Assembly (NCBI GenBank): GCA_030141605.1 | Contig: JAQGDQ010001102.1 | Span: 1-62,628 of the forward strand | Direction: 5' to 3' | DNA length: 62,628 nucleotides | Source: Tubiluchus corallicola | Taxonomy: Eukaryota > Animalia > Priapulida | Shown: positions 1 through 10,491 of the stretch, one piece after another | Layout of the letters: every line of letters starts with the position of its first letter | How positions within the stretch are numbered: the stretch's first letter is position 1 | Translations under genes and position numbers: made by a program | The notes under the pieces: generated by a model | What the model was told of the DNA's origin: nothing | What the model saw: only the letters and a program-made list of their open reading frames with translations | Database searches by the model: none

Positions 1-1226
1 TACCACCAAGTATAAGTAGTAAACGAATTATGGTTAAAATGTAAGCCGGTTCAGAACATGAGTATATAGTGCTTTCAAATTTAGATGAAATCTGTAATTT
101 TCCCAATTTTTTTAGAGCTACGTATTTTAGATTGACATGACGCATTTGCCTTTTTAGGAAGTACACAGAGTTAAAAATATTTTTTACAAGTGGTTGAACG
201 TCATAATTAAAGTTAAAATGATTAAAATCAGGCCAATTTTTAAGTTTAAAAATATGATAATTCTTAATTATTACAGGTAAGTTGGTATTGCCATTGTACA
301 GCTGTAAGATGCATATCGAAGCAATAAATAAAATTTTATGGGAATTACATTTAGCTTTTACACATATGAAAATTTTTGAAATATAAATTAAGATCTGTAT
401 TACAGTACTTATTAAGTCAAGAGTATAAAGCACAAAATCAGGATTAAGACAACATGGGTCCACTAGTAAAATATATGAAGGTATTACGCTTAAATTTATC
501 AGCACCATAATTAATTTACTATTGTGTGACTTAGAAAGAGTAACGTAAATTATGAGAGTTAGACTGATTGCCAATAGGCTAATGTTAACGATAGGCCTAT
601 AACATGCACACATTTCATCATTAGTGGGTACATTATATGAAGTACAGGCGGCACTAAATAGTAGCATAAATAGCAAAAACGTTATTTTTAAACTGAACAT
701 AAAACGTCAATACCAATGAAATTCAATCGGGAAACTCGAAATAAATTTGTTTGCTACAACGGGAGCTTCTTAGATACAATTTTAATTACAGGAAACTGTT
801 TAAGAACTTTTTACAGCGTTGCTAATGAGCTCATTCAATTGTTCTTTCTTTTCAGCGTCACAATTTGATGCAGGCGAGCCAGTGGTTGGGGTGCTAATCT
901 GTTTTGGTTGTTTGTGTAGTACCTGTGCGTATGTGCTACCTGTGCGTATGTGCTAATGTGTTGTTTATTATTCACGAGTAGGTCTTGATCAGTGGTTTTG
1001 TTGTTTGTTGTAGTGTAACAATCCTGATCAGGTACCGGCGTTGGCAGCAAAGCCGGTCTTCTCAATGTTTGCTGTAGTATAAAATGATCATTCATTTCCT
1101 TGCTTTGTGTGATTGACGCTGTTTGTCCTATAATGGGCTTTACTGGCCTACTATTATACCGTTTAGGCGCAATCCACCTTTTATTGTCACTGGTCAAGCA
1201 GTGAGAAATTACCTGGGTTAATTTAT
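1..1226 (-). mobile_element. Second, inverted copy of the same LINE (ORF1 tail + ORF2 N-terminus), running off the window start
   Basis: 1-963 is the reverse complement of 1227-2174. I counted 14 substitutions and no indels or stops over 1-700 vs 1475-2174. There is a private 17-bp duplication near 920-955. Confidence 0.95.
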
Positions 1227-1388
1227 CAACACAATAGCACATACGCACAGGTACTACACAAACAACCAAAACAGATTAGCACCTCAACCACTGGCTCGCC
1301 TGCATCAAATTGTGACGCTGAAAAAAAAGAACAATTGAATGAGCTCATTAGCAACGCTGTGAAAAAGTTCTCAAACAGTTTTCTGTAA
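1227..1388 (+). pseudogene. Probable C-terminal remnant of LINE ORF1
   Basis: Open frame QHNSTYAQVLHKQPKQ...KKEQLNELISNAVKKFSNSFL* ends 86 nt before the ORF2 ATG; the frame continues further upstream in the inverted copy (964-1226, - strand). Confidence 0.55.
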
Positions 1389-2104
1389 TTAAAATTGTAT
1401 CTAAGAAGCTCCCGTTGTAGCAAACAAATTTATTTCGAGTTTCCCGATTGAATTTTATTGGTATTGACGTTTTTATGTTCAGTTTAAAAATAACGTTTTT
1501 GCTATTTATGCTACTATTTAGTGCCGCCTGTACTTCATATAATGTACCCACTAATGATGAAATGTGTGCATGTTATAGGCCTATCGTCCACATTAGCCTG
1601 TTGGCAATCAGTCTAACTAGCATAATTTACGTTACTCTTTCTAAGTCACACAATAGTAAATTAATTATGGTGCTGATAAATTTAAGCGTAATACCTTCAT
1701 ATATTTTACTAGTGGACCCATGTTGCCTTAATCCTGATTTTGTGCTTTATACTCTTGACTTAATAAGTACTGTAATACAGATCTTAATTTATATTTCAAA
1801 AATTTTCATATGTGTAAAAGCTAAATGTAATTCCCATAAAATTTTATTTATTGCTTCGATATGCATCTTACAGCTGTACAATGGCAACACCAACTTACCT
1901 GTAATAATTAAGAATTATCATATTTTTAAACTTAAAAATTGGCCTGATTTTAATAATTTTAACTTTAATTATGACGTTCAACCACTTGTAAAAAATATTT
2001 TTAACTCTGTGTACTTCCTGAAAAGGCAAATGTGTCATGTCAATCTAAAATACGTAGCTCTAAAAAAATTGGAAAAATTACAGATTTCATCTAAATTTGA
2101 AAGC

Positions 2105-2194
2105 ACTCTATACTCATGTTCTGAACTGGCATACATTTTAACCATAATTCGTTTACTACTTATACTTGGTGGTATCGAAACTAACCCTGGACCC
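2105..2194 (+). other. 2A-like (StopGo / ribosome-skipping) peptide, ...IIRLLLILGGIETNPG|P
   Basis: Codons 2168-2194 read GGIETNPGP, preceded by a hydrophobic Leu-rich run. Matches D(V/I)ExNPGP except D->G, and lies just upstream of the APE domain. Confidence 0.75.
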
Positions 2195-2203
2195 ATTTTG
2201 CCA

Positions 2204-2252
2204 AATAATAATAATAATAATGACAATAACAATAACACCAACAATAATAATA
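2204..2252 (+). repeat. (AAT/AAC)n low-complexity tract encoding poly-Asn
   Basis: NNNNNNDNNNNTNNNN directly after the 2A proline. Confidence 0.85.
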
Positions 2253-5200
2253 CCAGTGATGAGCTAAAAAAATTCATGATTACTTATAAAAAGAACATCA
2301 AATTTCTAAATATAAATATTCAAAGTCTCATCAAAAAACACTGGCTGCTGAAAGATACAATTCATGCCACCGAAAAATCTGATTGTAGGCATAACAGAAA
2401 CTTGGCTACATAAACAAAGACTTAGCAACACTATAGAATTACCTAATCACACATTAACAAGAAGAGATAGATGTAAAAATAAGAAAGGTGGAGGGGTTGC
2501 GATGTATATACCTTCACACCTGAGACCACAAGAAATGAAAGGCATCAGAACTGGCAAGATTGAATCTGTTTGGTGCAGCATTGAGAACTATGTAATAGGA
2601 ACCATATATAGACCACCCAATCTCAAACACAAAACATTTTTCAAATACTTTAGTGAAGAACTAGAATGCAGTGTTTTCGAAAATAAAAAAGTTCTTATAA
2701 TGGGCGATTTCAACCTTGATATTTTAGCTACAAACACACTGGCATACAAAACATACACAGAGCTCTTAAAACAATATAATGTCCACATACTTAACAACAA
2801 TAAACCTACTCGAATTTCTAAAACATCAGCCACAGTAATCGACCATTTCATTTCGAATAGTAACAATAATTTCGTAGCATATGATACTTTCCCGTGTGAT
2901 TATTCAGATCATCATTTCACAATATTAGTAGATAAAATGACCCCACAGCATAACAATAACCAAAATTCAGTCTGGCACTTAATGAGAGACTACGCCCAAT
3001 ACAACAGACATTCATACTTAATCGACTTAGCAAAAATGAACTGGACCTCCATATATATGACTGATAAAATAGATACACAAGTTAATATTCTGATATATAA
3101 TGTCGAATATTGCGTTAATGTACATGCACCATATAAAAACGTAAAGCAAATCCCACAACAAAGCAAACTCAATAACAAAAGTACCTGGACAACACCTGAA
3201 CTTGACAAACTAAGAATAGCGAAAAACAAAATGTATAATATATGGGAGAAGAACAAAACTAAAAACAATCATAACAATTATAAAAAAAAGAGAAATCAAT
3301 TTAATAATCTTAATAAATGCTTGAAAAATAAACATATACAACAACAATGTAAAAACGCAACAAATACTAAAGAAAAATGGAAAATTATTAACAATGTAAT
3401 AAATAAATGCCGTATCAAACTAACGCGTGTTGACGAAATTAAGATCAACAACACTGTTACTACAAAACCCAAAGATATTGCCAACGCGCTAAATGCAATA
3501 TTCCTGAATCTTGGAAATTTTAAGGGAGTGGCTTCCCATATTAGCAATAATATAATTAATAAATTAAAAAACAAATCGTCTAACACAGTATTCTCATTCA
3601 AAAGCGTCACAGTAGGAGAAATTAATGACATATTAAATAACCCAAGTTCCAACAAAGGGAGTGGACCATCAGATATTCCTATCAAAATTCTAAAAGATAG
3701 TGCATCTGTAATTGCTAATCAGATAATTATGAGAGGCGAATTTCCAACGGTATGTAAAATGGCAAACGTGACTCCAATCCATAAAAAAGATCCAAAATGT
3801 GATCCCATGAATTAGCGCCCAATTTCCGTAATCCATTGTTTTGGCAAAATTTGGGAAAGGATAATTTACGATCAGATAAATTCATATGTAAATAAACATG
3901 AACTTTTATCAAAACATCAGTTTGGCTTCTGTAAACACCATTCAATCATTGACGCCCTAATACACACAACAGAAAATTGGAGACATAGTTTAGACAACAA
4001 GCAATACATTTTAGCAGCATTTTTGGATTTAAGTAAAGCATTCGATAGCATTAATCACGAACTACTTTACGATCATTTAAAACAAATCGGATTAGATTCG
4101 ATATCGTTAAAACTTATACAAAATTATCTCAAAGATAGACAACAACGAGTAAAGTTAGATACAACCAACTTTTCTGACTGGGCCACGTTAAACAGAGGTA
4201 TACCGCAAGGAACACTACTAGGTCCGTTATTATTTTGCCTATATATAAACAACATATCCAGTGTATTAAAACACTCACAAATAACGCAATACACTGATGA
4301 CACTACAATCTACATAGCCCATGAAAATGTCCAAACTGCAAAAAATTATTTAGAAGAAGATATAAAAAATATAAATATGGCATTTATTCATTACAAGCTA
4401 AAAATGAATAATGACAAAACAGAATTCATGATACTGTCACCCTCATTAAATACTAATGATGCATCATCAACCACTTTGACAATAGATAATGCTGTAATCA
4501 AACAAACTAACAATGTTAAATTCCTGGGCATACAGGCAGACAATAATCTTTCATGGGATGAACAGTTTAATAACATATACACAAAAATGGCATCTAGCAC
4601 ATCATATCTCCGACAAGTTAAAGGGCAACTAACAAAGGAAACTAAACACTAATATGTAAAACTTTAGTTCAACCACACTTCTTATATGGATGTACGCTAC
4701 TTCAAAAAACCAAAAGAGAAAATTACTTAAAATTAAATCCCCTTCAAAACTATGCGTTGAGATTGACAGCTGGATACCCATACAAACATAAGGCAGGTAG
4801 ACAAAAATTCAAAGCTTCAACAACTAACCTGAGAAAAACTTTAAAATTCCCAATCATTGAAGCACACAAAGAATATTTTACTCTGCTTTTTATATTTAAA
4901 TACATTAACAACATCAGCAAACCATTCCAGAATAACAGATTTATCTTTTTTCCAAATCCTATCGTTAATTCCAGAACAAGCAATCTAAAACAAATTAGGA
5001 CAAATACCCACTATGGAACGAACTCTGTAATCAAACAAGCAATTTTACTTTGGAATTCTCTACCATTACAGGTTAAACAAATCAAGTCCCTATCAGCATT
5101 TAAAACAAAATTAAAATCACTAATATTAACCAGATATGAAATACCATCACACCAGTACGACAACATACACACTAATTCAGAATTCATATACCCACGGCCA

Positions 5201-6189
5201 TATTAATTAAATCATAGTTTTTTTTTCATTTTTTGTGCATAGTTGTAAATATGTTTGATTTTATTCGTCATTACTGCACAGTAGTTTAGATTGCACTGAC
5301 GCATTTGCCTTCAGCAGTGTAAGTTTTTATTAACTAATACTGATTGATTATCTCTGTAAAGTTTTTATCAGTGATTATCAATATATTTTAATGGCAAATA
5401 AAGATTATTATATATATATATAAGCATTAAATAACCGTAGTATTAACACGGCTTAATTTCTTGTAAGTTATTACATTCTAGTGTTGAAGAAAAGCATGCA
5501 TTGCTTGTCGTTTTCTACTTTTAATATCAACTTCGGTATTTAGAAAAGTGCCCATATACTTGCACGTTTTCCCAGATTGATTATTTTAGGATTCATCTTT
5601 CAAAAAAGTATCAGGTTTCAATATGGGAAATCATAGCAACGCAGTCCGTTTGTAAGGCGCAGAGTACGCCACTAGACGAAGCAGGACACTAAAGTGCATA
5701 AAATGCTAATTCTGTCGAGAATCGAGAATTATGACATAATAAAACATAAAACTAAATTTGTTTTAGAAAAAAATAAATTTATAATAATGAGGGATAGTTC
5801 TCGACAATTTACAAATGTATTTTTACAATAATATTATCATTATTATTAGTGCCATTAATATCATCATATCATTAAACAAAGTATCTACTATCTAGTGCTT
5901 TGTAGAGAGAAACTATGCACACAGTTATTACAGAAATAATTGCAAATTTAAAAAATGAAACTTTTACTTAGTAGAAAACAATTATTTGTCCAAGAGGTAG
6001 CGAAATGGATCACCTGTCTGTGAAGCAAGGCAAAATAAAAAATGATATACCTTAAGCAAATGTTGGGATCGCCTAAAAAGCGGGCTTATTTTACTTCAAA
6101 AAGACTAATATCGAAGCCGAAATTCATATTGGGCCGTTCTACTAGCTCAGAATAAGGTTATTTTATTTTACCAGATGTGTAATAAATTA

Positions 6190-6480
6190 TTCAGCACGAA
6201 TTGACGTTTGCAATTATTATTATTAAATAAACAAGGAAAACGGACGCTGTCGGTACAGTTAACGACTCAGTTCGTGACCTGTGTCTAGTGCCTACTTGGG
6301 CAGCCCATGTACGACGCGTCCTACTTGGGCTAGCCCATGTAAGCCAATTGTCTACGTCAGCTGCTGTCCTACTCTGTCCCAACAACTTCGTAAAGAATTC
6401 TTTATTAGGTTGTCACGTGATCTCTCGCGACGTTTGGTTCTAAACTTGAATGCTGGACTGAACTAGTAATACGAAGTTAA
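6190..6480 (+). promoter_or_regulatory. Candidate promoter / first non-coding exon of the kinesin gene
   Basis: Locally CpG-rich. CCAAT (~6344), TACGTCA CRE-like (~6353), GTCACGTGA E-box (6412-6420), TCTCGCGA (6423-6430), CHR-like CTTGAA (6445-6450). First coding exon has an acceptor at 10181, implying an upstream exon. Confidence 0.5.
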
Positions 6481-6619
6481 GTACCGGCACCGTTTTAAAT
6501 ATTTTACTGATGCTTGTGAAACGTTTATTTCGTTACCATTTCGCTTTAAGCAGTATTATTTAAATTTAGTGGTATAAATTCAATTGCGATTTTCGACTGT
6601 GAGTCAATGGTAAGCCCTA

Positions 6620-7370
6620 CAATACTAATATTATGATAGCGATCGCAACCTGGACAAATATAACGAAAGAAGAATGGTAACTAATAGAAAAAATACAGAA
6701 TAAAGCCCTAAGAAGAATCTTAGAACAAAAGAAATTACTTCATATTGGGGTATGAAGGGAGAAACAGGAATATGGCCAATTAAAAAGCATTGCGCAAACA
6801 ACTACTATACTAAGCACGGCTGGTATGAAAGCAAGGAAGAAATAGAAAATAAATATAGTTTAGATGTAAGTGAACAGTCTTTAGATGAAAAAAAGAAATC
6901 ATTGTGGAAAAAGGAAATTAAATGTGTGATAAACGAGTATTTAGAGAAAGAGTATTAAAAATTAGAAGCAAAACAAAGCTGCGATTTTTGAATAATACAT
7001 GGAATAGTGGGGTAAACAAATAAAATGTGTTGTACAATATGCAGAAAAATCAGTTAACGAAATTACAGAGTGGATAGATTAATTAAATATGGTCAGATTT
7101 TAGGCAAATTATGAAAATAAGTTCAAATGATATGTCAAATGCTTATTATGTGGAAACAGTGAAGACACTACAGAACATTTATTAACGTGTGAAAAACTGA
7201 ATGAAAGAATGTGTGCAAGTAATGTTGCAATTGATGATTTATATGTTGATAATACAGATAAACTGAACTATTCATAGTTCATAGATAAACTGAACGAAGT
7301 AAATATCAGAATCAACCAAGCCATAAAAGTAAGAAAGTTATTGGGGGCTGTTTTTGAGATATGAAAAAGA
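6620..7370 (+). mobile_element. Decayed non-LTR retrotransposon 3' fragment with CCHC knuckle
   Basis: IEKIQNKALRRIL...GETGIWPI, then KCLLCGNSEDTTEHLLTCEK (7137-7196). Confidence 0.65.
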
Positions 7371-7399
7371 AGACAACGTTACAAGACTAAGTTAGGCTT

Positions 7400-8070
7400 G
7401 CACTTAAAGATAAGTGCCTTCAAGACTGGAAGATAGGCCAATGTGAAACCGCGCCAATGATAAATAGAATTCAATACAGAAAACGAATGTTTTTGTATAG
7501 CTTAGTCTATCAATGATTATGATGAAAGAATGGCAAGAAAAGTGTGAATGGTGCTTAAAGAACAAGATTATGAAAAATATTGGTATAAAGCAGTTAAGAA
7601 AATAGTGATCCAGTATGACATTGACTATGACGTAGAGCATATACAAGGAGTAAAAAGTCTACCTGGAAAAAATACTAAAAAGCAAAACAAAAGAAAGAAA
7701 AGAAGAGTTTGAAATCAAGGTTGAAACGATGACAAAATGAAGGTTTTTAAAGAGGGCGACAATTGGAAAGCAAAAGTATATAATATAAAAAAGTGTGGCG
7801 TTAAAGAGAGAAGTCTTATTATGAAAATAAGGTTAACTAGAATTGGAAAATAACTATAAAAGTACAAACGGATAATGACAAGTGTTCTTTGTGTTCACAA
7901 GAGATTGACACAACCGAGCATTTATTTGACTGTAAATGCTTGTCACATTTAAATAAAGGAGTTCATTCTGAAGATCTAATTGAAACAAATGTATAAGTGC
8001 TAAGGCGAATTAAAGCGGTTGCAATGATTATGATGGAATACCGGAAGCAACAATTAAAGAAGTAGACAAC
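7400..8070 (+). mobile_element. Second decayed non-LTR 3' fragment with CCHC knuckle
   Basis: DKCSLCSQEIDTTEHLFDCK (7877-7936) in an A-rich, broken frame. Confidence 0.6.
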
Positions 8071-10194
8071 AAAACTTACAGTGTTTTGTGCCTTTCACCC
8101 TAAGAATGGTTGCCATATGGTAGAGAAAGCACTGCGAAAACAGTGAGTGACCGACTTACTCATCTTCGTCTCATTTAGGAGGGCACCTAATGTGCGAAAT
8201 TTACTTTTAAACATGGACCTTTTAGTTGTCCTTTCTCACTTTAATGTGTTTGTTCATCTTTTTTTCTGTACTTTATACTCATTTACCAAGGTACTGAGCA
8301 CCATTAATTCTTGTAATGTGTAGGGTGTGGCGACCCTGCCTTGAGGATCATAGGATTTCTGTATCTCACTATCTGTTTTCTTACTGCACCACTATTAATA
8401 GTTTTTTGTTCTGGGTGAAGTTTCATGCTGCATGACATTCACAAAGCTCAGAGCACATTCATGTGTTAAAACCTTCTATTTGATGATGAAGAAGAAGTAA
8501 TATTTCTGGGTTAAGCACTTTTTTCCACTCTCCATATTCAGTGCAGTTCAGTGAGCATTCTGTGGTATGTTTAATATCTTCTTCTTTCAAGCAAATTGGG
8601 CACTGGAATTCTTGGCTGGTTCTTGAATCCGTTTTTGTAATTCTTTTTAGCCTTTAGCTTTAATGTCTGTATACCTTTTACTTTTGATTTGCGTACATGT
8701 GTCAATTGTAGTCTTACTGTTTCCACTTTCCACCCTGTTTTTTTAAGAACATTAATTTTCTTTTGTATTTGCATTTTCTATACATTTTCTATCAAGCGTT
8801 CAATTGTACATTTTGTTTCTCTCAGTGTCTGAGATAAGAAGCTGCACACTAGGTATAGAGAGCATTGTTGCTCACGCAGTGCCAATCATGTTGTACAAGT
8901 GTAACGTAGTGTTTCTTTTTGACTAAATTTTCTTTTTATATGCTTGTTTCATTTTACACAATATTAAAACAATGGCTAAAAACTTTTTGAAGCAGCACGT
9001 CCACTAATTTTAACTAAAAGCTGCCACTGGTTTCTCTTCCACTAGGACTTCTTCATGGATTTCATCGTCTCTATGTCATGTCTACATTTTACTTTCAGTA
9101 GCCACTCCAATGCTAATTCATTATGCAATGATCTTTCACCCTCATTCATTTGTAGTCTTAGTGCTTCTGATGCTAATCTGCCAGTTTCCTAATTCATAAA
9201 TGTCTGTAAAACACGAATCTCCTATAATTTACTTTATGCTTTAAATGCCCAATTCCGTAACTAATAGGATTGATTCATTCAGATTAAATAATGCTTTTAA
9301 TGCACTGACGTCACTTACAACTTCTCACACTCAGTAGTTGTTAAACTGATTTGAGTTGTTAAGATCATTTAATTTCATCTTGTTTGTTTTTCCCAATGGT
9401 TTTCCCTCACGACGAGTCGAATGCGTAACATTCTATTTATCATGAGTATTTTTATAAGTATTAAACACTAATTTTAACGTGATTTATGTCTAAACTAAAA
9501 AAATAAAAGAAGTCCTTAATTCTAGTTGAATGCAAGTTAATGTTTTCTGTTCCTGTTCTCTTCTCATCACATGTGATTTCGTGGCCATAACTAACAGTGA
9601 AATTTAATATATACAACAAAAAGTTAATATCTGTCAAGTAAAAGGTTGGTAATTTCTATTTTGTAATGAGTTATTCTTTAATTTGTTAAGTTTCTTTTCA
9701 TTTGAGATCTGCCTATACATGACAATTAAATTATTTGTTTTTTTACTTCTACAGTATTTTGCCTTGACATTGCAGGTATTGTGGGAGCATGATATACTAT
9801 AGCTTTAACAAGTCATATGTAAGAAAATTAGAGTTTCTCTAACAGCAACTGTAGAAGTTTACTGTCGTTAAAGTTATTGTGTTGTGTATAACCAGTGCCG
9901 ATGGAATTTTTCCAATTTTTGTATTTTTGAGTTAGAACAAAATGGAATGCTTATGTTGTGTATTTCACATGTTGTATGTGAAAGTTGTTTGATAAAAGTT
10001 TCTTTCTGATTATCTAAAAAGTTTCTTTTGAATTGCTTAGCATTGTAGCCTAGCACTGACCTCTGCCTTATTTTCATTTGCCTCATCGATATATGGGAGT
10101 TGTATGTAGAACTGATTTGCAATTATCAATATAATATGGGCTTTACTAATCTAAACGTTCAGTAATAGAATCTTTTTTCAGTCTGAGTGTAGAA

Positions 10195-10491
10195 ATGCCG
10201 ATTACTTCATCTAGAAAAAAGATTCTTACTGAAGTAGAGACAAAGAGCAAAAATTCTCTGATTGGAAAATCTACTCTTTTAAAACCAGAGAAGGATGAAA
10301 GTATACCCAAAGTGCATGATTTGCTTGAACGAGAAATCTGTTTTGCTGCTGGTCATTTGTTAGATTCTTCAAGACAGTCAACTGAAACATCATGTGACAC
10401 AATGAATGTAGTTGAGCTGAGTGCCAGTGTTAAAAAGGAGCAACAGATGGACTGTGTTACAACGGCAAATAAAAGCGTGGAGAATCTACTT
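10195..10491 (+). CDS. KIF14: KIF14 coding exon 1
   Basis: Acceptor ttttttcag at 10181, ATG 10195, donor gtatgt; phase 0. Confidence 0.7.

Larger units (their letters stand above)
1475..5206 (+). pseudogene. LINE ORF2 polyprotein, disabled by three lesions
   Basis: ORFs 1448-2413, 2364-3815, 4023-4652 and 4757-5206 join via a frameshift at ~2383 (SD/VGITETW), an in-frame TAG at 3813-3815 replacing Y of NYRPIS, and a frameshift at ~4647. Start ATG 1475 is preferred because the two copies differ by an indel just upstream of it but have none in the shared 700 bp downstream. Confidence 0.88.
1227..5422 (+). mobile_element. 5'-truncated non-LTR retrotransposon (LINE, CR1/L2 group; Crack/Daphne-like is a guess): ORF1 tail + ORF2 (TM region-2A-APE-RT) + 3'UTR
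   Basis: APE motifs (NINIQSL, GITETW, GGGVAMY, IYRPP, MGDFN, IDHF, SDH); RT motifs (QFGF, DLSKAFD, GIPQGTLLGPLLF, YTDD, KFLGI, LWNSLP). 3' end AATAAA at ~5397 followed by (TTA)/(TA)n tail. Confidence 0.93.

Noticed and set aside
835-1269. 144-aa - strand ORF as an independent gene
   Set aside because: Chimera across the LINE junction: starts in the antisense of the right copy and is frameshifted by a 17-bp duplication. Only the middle is the likely ORF1 remnant.
1-2174. Inverted repeat as a foldback sequencing/assembly artefact
   Set aside because: Arms differ by ~2% plus a private 17-bp duplication, unlike an artefactual mirror copy; long-read confirmation is still desirable.
2035-4983. 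Several - strand ORFs opposite the LINE (2035, 2588, 2990, 3296, 3727, 4391, 4750)
   Set aside because: Antisense shadows of an A-rich coding strand.
8100-9340. Possible further decayed retroelement pieces (also 18190-18760)
   Set aside because: Suggestive composition, but no motif I could read with confidence.
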